A stretch of 48,088 nt of DNA from Hydrurus foetidus (taxonomy: Eukaryota). The notes beneath the pieces are model-generated. The model was given only the letters and a program-made list of their open reading frames with translations, had not been told where the DNA came from and searched no databases. Positions 36,301-48,088 of this stretch are shown piece after piece. Within the stretch, counting starts at the first letter, position 1; the number at the start of each line of letters is the position of its first letter. The translations under genes and the position numbers were made by a program. The stretch spans positions 1-48,088 of the forward strand of contig UYFQ01000034.1 of NCBI GenBank assembly GCA_900617105.1. Direction: 5' to 3'.

Positions 36301-38135
36301 ATGATTAGCACAGTCGCGCTGTTTTTGGTTTAGGCAGCAAGGGCAGAAGGCATTCGTGAATGATCTAAATTCAATGGTTGGATAAATGAATGGCTCTAAT
36401 TTATATTTTTTATTGCACTCTCTTTTATTTTCATTTTGCCACTGATGATATGTAGTAGAATTTTGAAATATTTTGTAGTATTCTTTCAATGACTGACTTC
36501 TCATATGAATTTGATGGTATGAGTGAGATCCATCATAATTGTGCACAAATATTTTCGCTGAAGCAAATGTATCGAGTCTGCACGTTTCATGACAGAAGTC
36601 ACGAACAACATTAAGATCTAATTTATCTGTTCTGGGTTTTCTCGCTTTGGGTGAAAGTGCATCGAAAAATATATTGAATTTCTTCTTTTTTTCTGTTAAT
36701 ACTTCTGGTGGTGATAGTCCAATGGATACACTTCGGTGCCCGATGTAGAGTAGTCACGTCTACCATCGTTCGAGGCCCCACTTCCAGAATCAGCATAGTA
36801 CTGATCTATATCGGTGGAATAGCATGATGAGTCGTCAATTATCTGATCGGATTCAGAACTACTTTTGTTCTTCTTGTCCCCCTCTAATATCAATCTGTCT
36901 ACTTCTTTCCTATTCACTTTTGCTTTAGCTAATCTTCTAGTAGTCATACCTAACACTTCAGCCATGATAGTATTATTGCTCTCCTTCACAGATATTGCAG
37001 TGAGCACTGTATCAATTGTTGATCCTATCTGATCGTACCGCCCACCGCTTTTCATTATTCCTGATATATATTCCTTCAATGAGGCCACAATTTTAGCATT
37101 GATTGCATTTTTATCAATACTTATTGCCTCTTCTTTATTGTATAATTTCCACAAAAACTTAATCGAAGCTGTCGCAATAGTTTTCTTTTTTATTTCATTA
37201 TATTCTAATAGTGATTCGTCAATAACACGTACTAAATCTTCAGTAAGTTTTTTCGAATTCACTACAGCAGTTCTAGCTGACTTGTAGTTTTTTACTCCAG
37301 GACCTCTACTGACTTTTCGCTTTTTACATTCTACATCGATTACTATTGGTGCTTCAGGCAACAGACTTCATGGAATGTGAGAGTCATGAATATCTCTATT
37401 ATTTCCTACAGTTATGACGATCATTCTTGTAAAATAGGTATTCTTTCCTTCGAAGTGAAAATTTCCTGATGCAAGCAGATTCTTGAAGACAATCCTATTG
37501 CGTTTGCTGTGATTCATAAGAGCCTCATACGTTTCCAAATTCATTCCGTATTGCTCACCATCATCTTTAAGATATATGCTGATTTGGCGACTATTTTTCG
37601 CTACAGAATTCTTAAAGAGGGGTCGGCTGTCGAGAGCATCCCTTTCATTTTCCTTAAGAGCTTTAATTACTTTCCGAAGGAATGTATCTAAATTCATCAA
37701 GGCAGTTTGCAGAGGAAGAATTCCATCATCCTGTGCCGTCATAAATTTTTTTGAGAAGTCATCAAAAAGTGATCGTAAAATTGATGGCAACAATTGACCC
37801 CCATCAAAATTATTGCTTCAGATGATGTTTAAGAGCAGATTAAGCAAGAAAACCACCCCTAATCATCTTAGGAGATGAGTGTTCCAGCTTATACTTTGGG
37901 ATGGTTACGATGTTTCGAGCTCACATCGCAAAATTTGCAGTTAGGATTCACGCTAGAGGAAAAAAAAGGACACCAGCAAACTCACCATGGTCGAGTTGGT
38001 GGGGAGGAATTCCTTGCGGGAACTGGCGATGAAGAATTGATTGCGCTGTGTATTGTTGAAAAAGCTTTGAATGTGATGCCTACTTGTTGGTCATCAAATA
38101 GTCACAAAATTGGGCCCACGATCGTGCAACCCCTG
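33385..38135 (-). mobile_element. Sola-like (Sola2-type motifs) TIR DNA transposon S1, 4751 bp
   Basis: 25-bp TIR CAGGGGTTGCACGATCGTGGGCCCA, 4-bp TSD CCTG (33381-84, 38136-39), inner ~298-bp inverted repeat 33488-~33785 / ~37741-38041; superfamily assignment less certain than the boundaries. Confidence 0.8.
34247..37793 (-). pseudogene. Disrupted Sola-like DDD transposase of S1
   Basis: Motifs CPCC...CANH, CAYQQCSECG, MTDFSAVLDHDVQD, FTDGCAERYKS, FAPTASFK.MVDGQG, HACFCDGC; in-frame TGA at 37370-37368 and several frameshifts. Confidence 0.8.
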
Positions 38136-38263
38136 CCTGAATGATACTTTGCCCCTGAATGACCCCCCTTTTTAAATGACCCTCAATGACGCTAAAAAAT
38201 GGACTTTTTTTGTGCCCCTCAATGACCCTGAGGGGAAGTAACCCCTCAAGATACCGACTTTGA

Positions 38264-39173
38264 ATGACCCTCAATGACCCTGGGTTTCAATCTAACGATG
38301 GGTTTCCAATGCCATCTGCTACCTGCTGCATACCATACCCTGTATTTTCTCAAACGTTCAGCGATGTGGATGACTGGAATGTCGAAGATGAGCTCTCTCT
38401 CGACTTTTCGTTTCTGGGGACTCCTGAGAAGAAAAAGCGGAGTTCGCTGGTAAATTTTGAGAACAAAATGACCTACGATGGGTTTAGTTACTCAAAAAAG
38501 AGTACTGCTTCAACAGGCGAACACGCCTTCTACCAATGTCCTAGCTACCGTGCACCACATTTTTGCAAAGCATCAATCAAATACACGTGTCATGGAGCAA
38601 TCGTAGAAAGCAATGTTGTTCATACTTGTTCTCAGAAGGGTACAACAAAAGAAGTGGAAGTTGGAAAAATCAATGATGTGACAGCTGAGATGAAGCAAAT
38701 GATTCTCGATAGCTGCATTGATGACGCCACAAAAAGCGCCACTGATGTTGCAAAGCACGTATTTGACTGCACCCTAAAAAAATATGAAGGTATTTCGATG
38801 CAAATGAATAATGCGGATTTCTCTTTCTAATCGGTCGTTAAAAATTCTAGGAACTGCAACCAAAACCCTGGGGCATCCGCAGCTACTGGTGTATGTATAC
38901 CAAGTGAGGACGAGGGAATTCGGTGATTGGATATCAAAGATCCATGCGCATCCGATGCGGTCATGTTCTGTTACTGATGAGAGGACATTCCTCAAATTCT
39001 TCCTCAACTATTCAACCGCTACTGAAATTGAAACGACCGTTGGATGGGGGCATCCTGATTTGATACATCTGATGAAGTACGGTGCGTGCCCTATGTTCGT
39101 TGACTGTACGTTCTCTTGTGGATTCAAACAGCTTCTCATCATAATGATTTACACGGCTGCAACAGGTCTGTAA
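38264..39173 (+). pseudogene. 5' part of a MULE transposase (FLYWCH/WRKY-like Zn finger plus first catalytic Asp)
   Basis: YDGFSY...YQC...CKASI...HTC; phase-1 intron 38791-38850; GWGHPDL...MFVDCTF...FKQLLIIM; sequence ends at a donor-like GTAAGT with the remainder missing. Confidence 0.75.
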
Positions 39174-40444
39174 GTACGACGTATTGTACGTTGTATCCTT
39201 TGTATACATTTATTATTTTCATATAATGTTTACACGGTTCTTATCAATTATTGCCCTGAAAAATACCCCTGAATGCCCCTAGTATTTTTTTGCCCCTGAA
39301 TGACCCCCCAAAGGGTATTTAGGGGCAAAAAAATACTAGGGGCATTCAGGGGCATAGTGTCATTCAAGGTCAATATTATAAAATACCATCCATTTCCGTC
39401 CAGCACGTACGGTGTTTTAGTATGGTGTTTTTAATTTGTGCGTACGTTCACTTTCGTCTGTTCTTGGAATTTCGAGGTTTGAAAATCGCAAATCTCAAAA
39501 TCCGAGACGGAGGTCGGGTTAAGGAGTGCAGTACGAATCTATTTCTGTGATTTCCAGCGTGATCTGATGTAAATTCGTGAAGTTCTGTGTTCCTTAAAAT
39601 CCTGGACGACCTTGGGCGGGGGTTGGATGCGCTGACCGTGCAAAGGGTCCCCGCACAGTCAAACATGGTGCACTTTCATCATTTTGATTGTTCCTGGGTT
39701 AAAGGAACCTGGAACGGTGGAGTAGCGACCACCGCACAGCACACGACGTACGAAACGTCATCAAATGTACATACGTAATAACTTATACGGTTACTTAGCT
39801 CATTAGTTATTCCGACACACCCCTATGGCGTGAGTCGTCGGGTTGGTGTACGCGAATGAAAACGCAATAGAATTTAAAAATGCTCCGTTTACTTGGAGCT
39901 TCACATATGGTGTATCATAATATGATTTTATATTGTAGGGAAGTAGGGTAATAGTGAGGTTGACCTTAATTGTGACGTTAGATAATTTATTGCACGCAGG
40001 GTAATATTAGTATCATAAGGTCTGACTGATCCGAATGAGCATAGAGTTAAACAATACTAAAAAGACTTTAAGTAACACGCAAAATAATACACTTGAAATA
40101 ATTTTCTGACTGATTATACTATCTGATTCCGGAATCGGGTCTTGGGTCTGGGTCCACGGTCCTCGCTCTTTATGTCTCTGTCAGGGTTTTCTTGAGTCGC
40201 ACTTGACGAGGTAGAAGAGAAATGATGGAGGGGGGTAGCAGGAATGATGAAGTCTTTGTGTCTTGAGTGGTCAGTCTTCGTGATGACGCGCGCTGATGGG
40301 GTAGTAGAGTCGGATGTGGGGGCAGTAGGAATGACGGAGTCTTGGGGTCTTGGGTGTTCAGTCTTCAACTGAAGCGGACAGAGGCGTTGTAGAAGGGTAA
40401 GACGGAGGGGGTAGCATGTCGGATGGAATCTTCGTCGGTAGGTA

Positions 40445-40870
40445 TCAGTTCTTCTTGGACGTAGGGTATGGGAAGTGTGGGTTGGATTTTGTTCGTACGG
40501 GTGTCGGCGCGGAGTCCGTACGGTCCTCAGTCTTGCAGCCTTCTGCGTACGTGAGGGTAGGTGGTGTAGTGTTTAGCAGCTCCTTCCTGAGCTTCTTGAA
40601 CAATTCCCCCTGCAGTGGCTTGGTTAGAATGTCTGCAATCATGTCAGTAGGTACACAATGTCTACATCGCCTGTGCTAATTCTGTCGTGCGGGAAAAAAT
40701 ACCGTATATCAAGGTGCCGCGTACGTTCGCTGTTCGAGCGACCGTTACGTATGAGCTGTATCGTAGACTTATTGTCTTGATACGCTAGCGCGGGAGGTTG
40801 AGGATGTCCCTGGCATTTCAGGAAGTTCCTGGTCCACAGCACTTGGTTGGCAGCATCGCTGAGAGAGCGT
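40445..40870 (-). pseudogene. Ty1/Copia RNase H C-terminal fragment
   Basis: LWTRNFL...YQDNKSTI...RTRHLDIRYFF...MIADILTKPLQG; frameshift at ~40642; candidate PPT plus LTR start AGGGGTG-TGTCGG at 39824-39812. Confidence 0.85.
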
Positions 40871-41499
40871 AGAGACAGGCAGTGACAATCACCTTCACGC
40901 ACTCCTCATCCCCTTCCACCAGGGCAGACATACGAGCCCCACGCACTTTTTCTACGAGTGAGGCCCTTTCTCCTCCACCCTTGAACAGAATCACTGAAAT
41001 GATAGAGCCTGACGGTGAAGTGGAAATGGATTAAATTTAAAATGAAGTTTCTCTGCATGTGTTCACTGTTCAATCTGCATGCAAAATATGACGTCACGTC
41101 ACTGAATTCAGAATCCTGGAATCCACGGCAATCGTTTATTCACTATAAACAATCGCTACCATGTAAGACTAAATACAAGATGTCACCTTCTAGCGTTCGC
41201 AGCGAAGGTGGAGAAGCAGCTGCAGGCTACTGTCTCAATTCAGTGAGCTATCGAGTAGACGAAGCTGTGAAGTACAACGTATTAAATTCTGATTAGAGTT
41301 TACAGATAGCCACGCAAAAGAGCTATCAGAACAGTTCATGACAGTGAAACTACCTTGAGACAAAGTTCACAGCGAGATGTGTTGTTCATAGCATGTGCTT
41401 GAGGAACGTTGCATGAATGCTTATAGTAACGAAGTGTTTTGGCGATACTGAAGAATCATGAAAGGCAAACGTTCATTTGCGTGAGGTCAGAGGGTTCGT

Positions 41500-42076
41500 A
41501 CTAACTGATACATGGCGATAGTACAGGGGTACGTATGCGTGTATATATATATGAACGTACATGCGTCAGTACTAACTGCTATATGGCGATATTATAGGAG
41601 TACGTATGCATGTGTATGTATAAGAACGTACATGCGTAAGTACAGTGGTACTTACATAGATGTACGCCTATACATCTATGTACTACGCTATTGGCGATCG
41701 TACATACGTACATATTATATATGTACATACATGTGTAAGTACGTGTGTATACGTATGCATATAATAATTTGTACTAACATGTGCACGTACGTATGTACGT
41801 GTATGCGTGACCATACAAGTGTACGCTATGCTATATGCGTGCGCACGTACGTACGTACATATTGACTATGTACGTACATGTGTAAGTACATGTGTGTACG
41901 TATGCATAAATGAGTATGCACTAACATGTGTAAGTACGTGTGTACGTGTGCATGTTATCATATCTGCATGTGTACTTACGTACGTACGTGTCGCATAACG
42001 TACATATATATTTTTGAAACTATATTTGCAACTTTATTACTACAGACATATCTTGATAGAATCAAGTGGTCTGACA
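41500..42076 (-). repeat. Probable 3' LTR of the second Copia element, rich in TACGTA/TACATG low-complexity sequence; far end not defined
   Basis: PPT GGGGAG (42082-42077) directly followed by TGTCAG at 42076, 130 bp after the pol stop. Confidence 0.55.
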
Positions 42077-42436
42077 CTCCCCGTAGTGAAGATGTAGTGT
42101 AAAATAATGCATGTTTACTTATGAGCTACCTTTATAATATTAGAATTAACGTAGTATATGTGTGATCAAGACAAATACAATATTAAAACATAATTAGTAT
42201 AGTGCTATTTAAAGATTTCTTTTCTGAGACTGATCTATAATTTGATTTAGAAGTTTATTAAATATTGGTAGAGTAACTCTTTTTGTACCAATATCTGAAT
42301 TATTATCGCACGATTTAACTTTAACAACTACGCAAGTACCATCAGCAACCTTCTCTTTGACCCAGTTTTCGGTGAGGTCGAGGTGCCTTAGGTTGCGTGT
42401 CATGTGTGCTGCCTTAGAATGGTATATACAGGCTTG

Positions 42437-45400
42437 CACCGGTTGCAAGATCGTGAGACCAGGTTTTGTAATATTTGATCATCCGACTGATAGTATCACA
42501 TCTCAGTCATTTCAGAGCGCATATTCACAAAAAAAACTTTGATCAACGAAGCCGACCATTTGCTACCTGACCAACTCAACAATGGTGAGTCCAATAGCAG
42601 CCTCCAAAAATTGCGAAAACTTTTCGATGCACCTCCTTTAATTCAATTTCTCCATGCATCACTTTGGGGACTATGCAGCACAGCTGACTGACGATAGCCA
42701 CCGACATTTTCAATGAGAATTCTCTTTCTAATCATCAATCTTCAACTTTTTGTAGCGGTGAAGCAATTAAAACAAATGCATGTAAATTCCCAAATCTGAC
42801 TATCCAATCTTCCGATGTCACATCATTCAGGACTCACCGCCCGCAATATTCTGGGCAAGGCAGTTGGAGAAGCCGCAATATTTAGAATTCTTCCAGTGCT
42901 TCTTCGTTACAGTTTTCAACTGCGAGTACAGCTCCTCATTTCTTGACTTTTGTCAGCACTCAATGGGATGATCATTAGTAACGATTCCTTGAAACGATAA
43001 AGGAGTAACTTGACGAGAATCTACTTGTGGTATCGATCGATGTTTGGAAGCTGCAGCGAATCTATGATATGGCTAGTTGCCCCATCCTTGTCGGATGATG
43101 ATAGGATCCTGTCCAAAGAAATCATGTCCCAGATCAGTTGAATCTGATACAGCATCACTGTAAATTCTGCGGTAGCGCGAGGGTATTTGAGATTTCTATA
43201 GATTGCATTATTTACAGATGCAAAACAAACAGGTACAACTGCTTTCAGTCTAGTTCAGAAGACATAACAGTTTTGATTATGTTCATGCTGCTATTTTCTG
43301 GTGTATAGATGTTCATTGTTTGGCCGGTGACTTGTATCATAGAACGTACCGTACATTTTATGTAAGTTTCTCTGTTTAAGTCAGAATCTTTTCCGGGAAA
43401 ATAAACATCAGTGACTGGTATCTTAATCTCTTTTGCTTTCACTGGAATGTATTATTCACCCTCAATATCAGTACTTTCATGTAAGAATTTTATTGTCATG
43501 CACCAAGTTCCCTTTTTTATTTTTTTTCCCTTTTACTCCGTTAATCAAGTTCTCATTAGTAATCTCATTACATATTTGCTTAACTTTTTAAATCAGTATT
43601 CCAAGAACATATGGATTACCATCAATTTCGGAATCATCTTTTTGAAGCGCTACAATCACTGGTATTTTAGGCACGTTCCCCTTGAAAAATTCCAGTTTTA
43701 GATATTCATCAGAGAAAATGTTTTTTATCTTTTTTTCTTTAAATGGCAGCTTCTTAACGACTTCTTCCTTTAGTATTCCTGACGTCTCTACATATAAGCA
43801 CCCCTGAAATTCACCCTCAATACACCGCTGACAGAAACAGCTGTGTTCGCGACTGTGCAGTATGGCTTCCTCATTCCTTGTTGTTCCAATCAAGCAAAAT
43901 AATTTCTTTATTCCATTAATTGTAGGTGCATCCCATTTTTCTTCATTGTAATTGGTTATTATAACATCACCTATTTTCGTTGCCCTCTCCCTCATTTCTT
44001 CTGTTGCATCGCAGTCATCGACGAGGAAACGGTGATAACGACTGGTAATTGTTAGGGCATTCTTCTTAGCGTCTTCAACATGCTTCGGAGTTTGTTTGTA
44101 TTTTGAGGTGAATAATTTGAAGAGGTCATAAGTTGTTGGACACCTTGTACCTTCCTCTTCACTCCTCTCTAACCTCCGATACAATGCCTTTGTTACATTC
44201 CCCTGACCATCCACCATTGTTTTAAATGACGCAGTTGGAGCATAGTTATGGGTCACTATGATATCCATTTCCTTCGCGAACTCTGCAATGAAAAGTGCTG
44301 TCCGTCTGCTCTTGTATTGCTCACCACAGCCGTCAGTAAAGAAATTCAATTTTTTCAATTTTTCTGAACTCTCCATCATATACTTCTTCACTATATGTCT
44401 TGCACTGATGCTGTGGGTATAGAAATTTCCATCCAGTGTTCCCCCATTTCCAAACCATATGTGCCATACATCATTTTTCTGAATTCTTTTATCAACCCCG
44501 TTTTCTAATGTCACAGTACTAGGAGAGTGGGTAGCCAGGAAAACACATTGGTTAGAACGGCACGGTACAGCTGTGTTCAATCGATCTTGGACATCGTGAT
44601 CAAGGACAGCAGAGAAATCTGTCATCAGATTCAGTGTATCCCCCTTTGAGGTATTGACGCATATTTGTCGTGCGTGTGAATTCCACACTACATTCCATTC
44701 GTGAGGTATCGCTAGCGAGGCACATTGAATTAAATGGTCTATCAACTCATTACCATTCATTCTAACTTCCACTATCTCCATCTGCATTCCTCTCGATCTC
44801 CCCATTACATTCTCATACTTCCTCACTGTGACTTCAACATTTTCATCTCTTTCTGCATCGCAAATATTATCCCCACTGAAAAAATTAGTCAATCCACAAT
44901 CTTTACAGTTTTGATATGCGCATGTCTTTTTGTGACAAGAGAATAGTGGACCCCAGCTTAATAGTTTGATACTTTCTTTTTGTCATACTGATCCTTCTCT
45001 TTTTATGTTTCTATTTTCTTTTGTGTTACATACTTCCGTTTTTTTATTTTTTACTTTTTCATTAGACGCTGTTATATTAATCATCTCTTGTTCTTGAATA
45101 CTGTTTAAAGATTTATAATCTCCCGAAATTGATTCATATTCAATTGCAGGACAGAGAATTGCATTTGTGAATTTTCGCAGTGATGTATGACTTTCCAGGT
45201 AATCCTTATTTTTGTGTCCTATACAATCACATAACAGTATCGCATTAGATACACAAAGATATTTTCTCAAATTGCCTAATGCTTTTAATGCATTGGTCAA
45301 GTTGACCTGAACATGATTGGCGCAATCTCGTTGCTTTTGATCCAAGCAACAAGGACAGAATGCATTAGTGAATGATCTAAACTTTCTTGACGGAAAATTG

Positions 45401-47157
45401 CATATTTCACCTGTACTCACCTGTACTACTATTTTTGTTTATTAATCTTTTGTTTTCATTTTTCCAATCATAATACTCAGTGGAATTTTCAAACATGTTG
45501 TAGTATTCTTTTAATGATTTACTTCGTATATGTAAATCATGATAGGTGTGTGAGTCGTCATAATTTTGCACTAATATTCGAGAAGTGGAGAAAGTATCCA
45601 GACGGCACTGTGTCCTCATCACAAAAGTATCGCATTACTATTTCTAGATTAAGTTTGTCTACACGTTCTTTGCGAAGTTTTGGAGATAGAGTCACCTCAA
45701 AAATATTTTTTCTTTTTCTTTGTTTATTACTTCATTGCATTCATTCTTCTTAATAGTATCTTCTACACTTGCGTGATCAGAAAAATAACTTGAATCGCTT
45801 TCTACACAAATTTGAGAATGATCAGAAAATTCGTCTTTTGAGAATTGTTCAAAAGATTCATCGGAAGAATAAGAGTCAGAACTTTCATTGTCTTTCTCTG
45901 CTTTGGTAGCGATATCATCGAAAGTGCCTCTACGCTGTTTCGCAGAGGCAACTCTCTTTCTTGTTACTCCCATAATTTTGGACATTTCGACATCACTTAT
46001 ACAATAAACTACTGTTGCTGTCAGAATTTTATCAATCGTAAACTCACTCGATCCAAATTTAGCACCGAATTTCTGTAAATTTTTTAGATAGCTCTGTAAA
46101 CTGAACACTATTCTATCATTTGAATCACTGTATTTGCGACTATTCAAATCTTCGTATTTGATTGAATATTTCTTCATTAAAGTACTTATTATCGCCACCA
46201 CAATTTCGTTTTTTTTATTTACTGAATAGTTTGCATAAACGGATTCAATCATTTCTATCATTGGTTTAGATATTTGTTGCGATGAGAGTAGGCTAGATTT
46301 AGGAGACTTAAAATCGTCACGACCTGGCCCACGTGGAATTAGTTTACGTTTCTGTCCAACTTCTACAGAGGGTTTACTAGACAGAAATGACGGCGGAATA
46401 GAGGATTGACCTTTCAGTTTACTGTCACCCACATAAAGGACTATTTGCTTATTAGTATCATAGTTGGTCCCTTCGAATTCAAAATGACCCATCTCCATGA
46501 TTGCTCTAAATTTCTGAGGATTTTTCCTGTTAAACTTCATTACGTTTGAGTATAATTCTTTCGTCATGCCGTATTCCTCGCACTCTCTATGAAGTAATAA
46601 GCTGATGGCCCCTGTCAGTGGGGCTACCGAATTGCGAAACTTAGTCGCATCGTTGCGTACGGCATCGAGTAAGTTCTCTATAACCGCCTGCAGAACCTCT
46701 AGAGCATCATCCGATGAACCTTCAACCATTTCAGCAATCACAGGCGGTGAGTCCTGAATGATGTGACATCGGAAGATTGGATAGTCAGATTTGGGAATTT
46801 ACATGCATTTGTTTTAATTGCTTCACCGCTACAAAAAGTTGAAGATTGATGATTAGAAAGAGAATTCTCATTGAAAATGTCGGTGGCTATCGTCAGTCAG
46901 CTGTGCTGCATAGTCCCCAAAGTGATGCATGGAGAAATTGAATTAAAGGAGGTGCATCGAAAAGTTTTCGCAATTTTTGGAGGCTGCTATTGGACTCACC
47001 ATTGTCGAGTTGGTCAGGTAGCAAATGGTCGGCTTCGTTGATCAAAGTTTTTTTTGTGAATATGCGCTCTGAAATGACTGAGATGTGATACTATCGGTCG
47101 GATGATCAAATATTCCGACTTGAGTGGGAACCTGGTCTCACGATCTTGCAACCGGTG
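42437..47157 (-). mobile_element. Sola-like TIR DNA transposon S2, 4721 bp
   Basis: 29-bp TIR CACCGGTTGCAAGATCGTGAGACCAGGTT, TSD CTTG (42433-36, 47158-61), inner 372-bp inverted repeat 42470-42841 / 46743-47114. Confidence 0.85.
43245..47002 (-). pseudogene. Frameshifted Sola-like DDD transposase of S2; predicted ATG-only first coding exon
   Basis: Colinear homolog of the S1 transposase (MTDFSAVLDHDVQD, FTDGCGEQYKS, YAPTASFKTMVDGQG, HSCFCQRC); ATG 47002-47000|GTGAGT...CATTCAG|GAC 46753 joins in frame to ORF 45692-46741. Confidence 0.78.
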
Positions 47158-48088
47158 CTTGGTTGTCTTCTTCAATAGAGGTTGGACCTTGGACCCATCC
47201 CATCATGTTTAGGATGCCTCTGTTGGCTATGACCTCTGCTTTGAGTGTTTGGTTGACAGCCTTGATTTCCGACTCTGCCGTTGATGTTGATATGCTGCCT
47301 TGGTCGGTGGAACACCAGCAGATAAGGTTACGGCCGAGGTATCCAAGGTATGCAGTCTGGGAGTGGCTATTGTCGGGATTACCACCCAAATCTGCATCGC
47401 ATTGAAACCGGAGTTGAAGTAGCGTTGTCATAGTCTCGATGTCTCTGGGTCCATCGTGTCCATGGAACACTAGTCGATCACTTCGTGCGTACTTGCAGTA
47501 CTGCAATAAGTGTTTGAGGAATTTGATATGTCTGGGACCTGGGTTGTTACCATAACGGGATAGTACATTGAGTGCATATAGAATGCCGACCATGGTATGT
47601 ACCATACCGTACATTAGTTGACCCACGACCCTCCTGTACGGGTATTTCATACACTGCATACGTTCCTCAGGGGTAGAAGCGTTATCTAGTTTTGACAATG
47701 CAGGTTCTTGGTCCCCAGTTGGGTATGGTAAGTGCATGTCCTTCGCACCAGATATATTAGCCTCTTTTATTATTGAATCAATCATGCGATGTTGATCCAT
47801 ATAATATGTGCCATCTTCATCACGCTGAATACGAATACCAACGAACTCCTTGTCAGTTGCATCAGTGACTTCATATTTGTGTGCATTGAAGGTGGCGATA
47901 ATCAGATCCCATTCATCAAGTTTGTCCGAAGGACCAAACCATCTGAAGTCATCACTGTGAGCGATGATAAGCATGGGTCTACCATCTGTGGTCCATTTAA
48001 AGAAGAACTTGAGGTCCCAGGGTGTGTTCTTGTAACCACACTCGAAGATACAAATATCGAACTCTATGGAAAAGTTTTGCCCTCTATG

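Larger units (their letters stand above)
33262..39371 (+). mobile_element. Truncated Mutator-like element with repetitive fold-back ends; hosts Sola-like element S1
   Basis: TIR GACC(C/T)TGAATGACACTATGCCCCTGAATGCCCCTA at both ends; many (C)CCTGAATGAC subterminal motifs; perfect 32-bp-stem hairpin at 39266-39352; no clean TSD. Confidence 0.75.
42209..48088 (-). mobile_element. Ty1/Copia RT-RNase H region (continues off the window), split by element S2
   Basis: HSDD, FVGIRI, YRRVVGQLMY, CDADLGG, STSTAESE; removing 42437-47157 plus one TSD restores EEDNQACIYHS...RHLDL...NSDIGTK. Confidence 0.92.

Noticed and set aside
33319..38144. Duplicated ORF MSVPAYTLGWLRCF... (33319-33654 and 37875-38144)
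   Set aside because: Identity simply reflects the S1 inner inverted repeat; it reads outward and has no counterpart in S2
41512..41998. Tyr/Cys/Val-rich ORFs
   Set aside because: Translation of TACGTA/TACATG low-complexity sequence in a probable LTR

Overview
Intron-rich eukaryotic genomic DNA, probably a stramenopile alga or protist (inferred from gene architecture; not provable from this window). Host genes lie in the middle: a bifunctional mRNA capping enzyme (TTM/Cet1-type triphosphatase + guanylyltransferase, + strand, 8771-17136), a 3-ketoacyl-CoA thiolase ending in SKL (- strand, 17941-24759) and a GNAT acetyltransferase. Both flanks are nests of transposons: a young Ty3/Gypsy chromovirus, two pogo/Tigger-like TIR elements, two Sola-like TIR elements, a truncated MULE and Copia remnants. 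Main discovery candidate: both pogo-like elements (448-8675 and 27211-32002), although strongly diverged from each other, carry a second, intact, two-exon gene convergent with the transposase. It encodes a stand-alone HIRAN-like (DNA 3'-end-binding) domain protein with the same intron position in both copies, and is only recognisable after splicing. All domain calls are motif recognition by eye; no searches were run.
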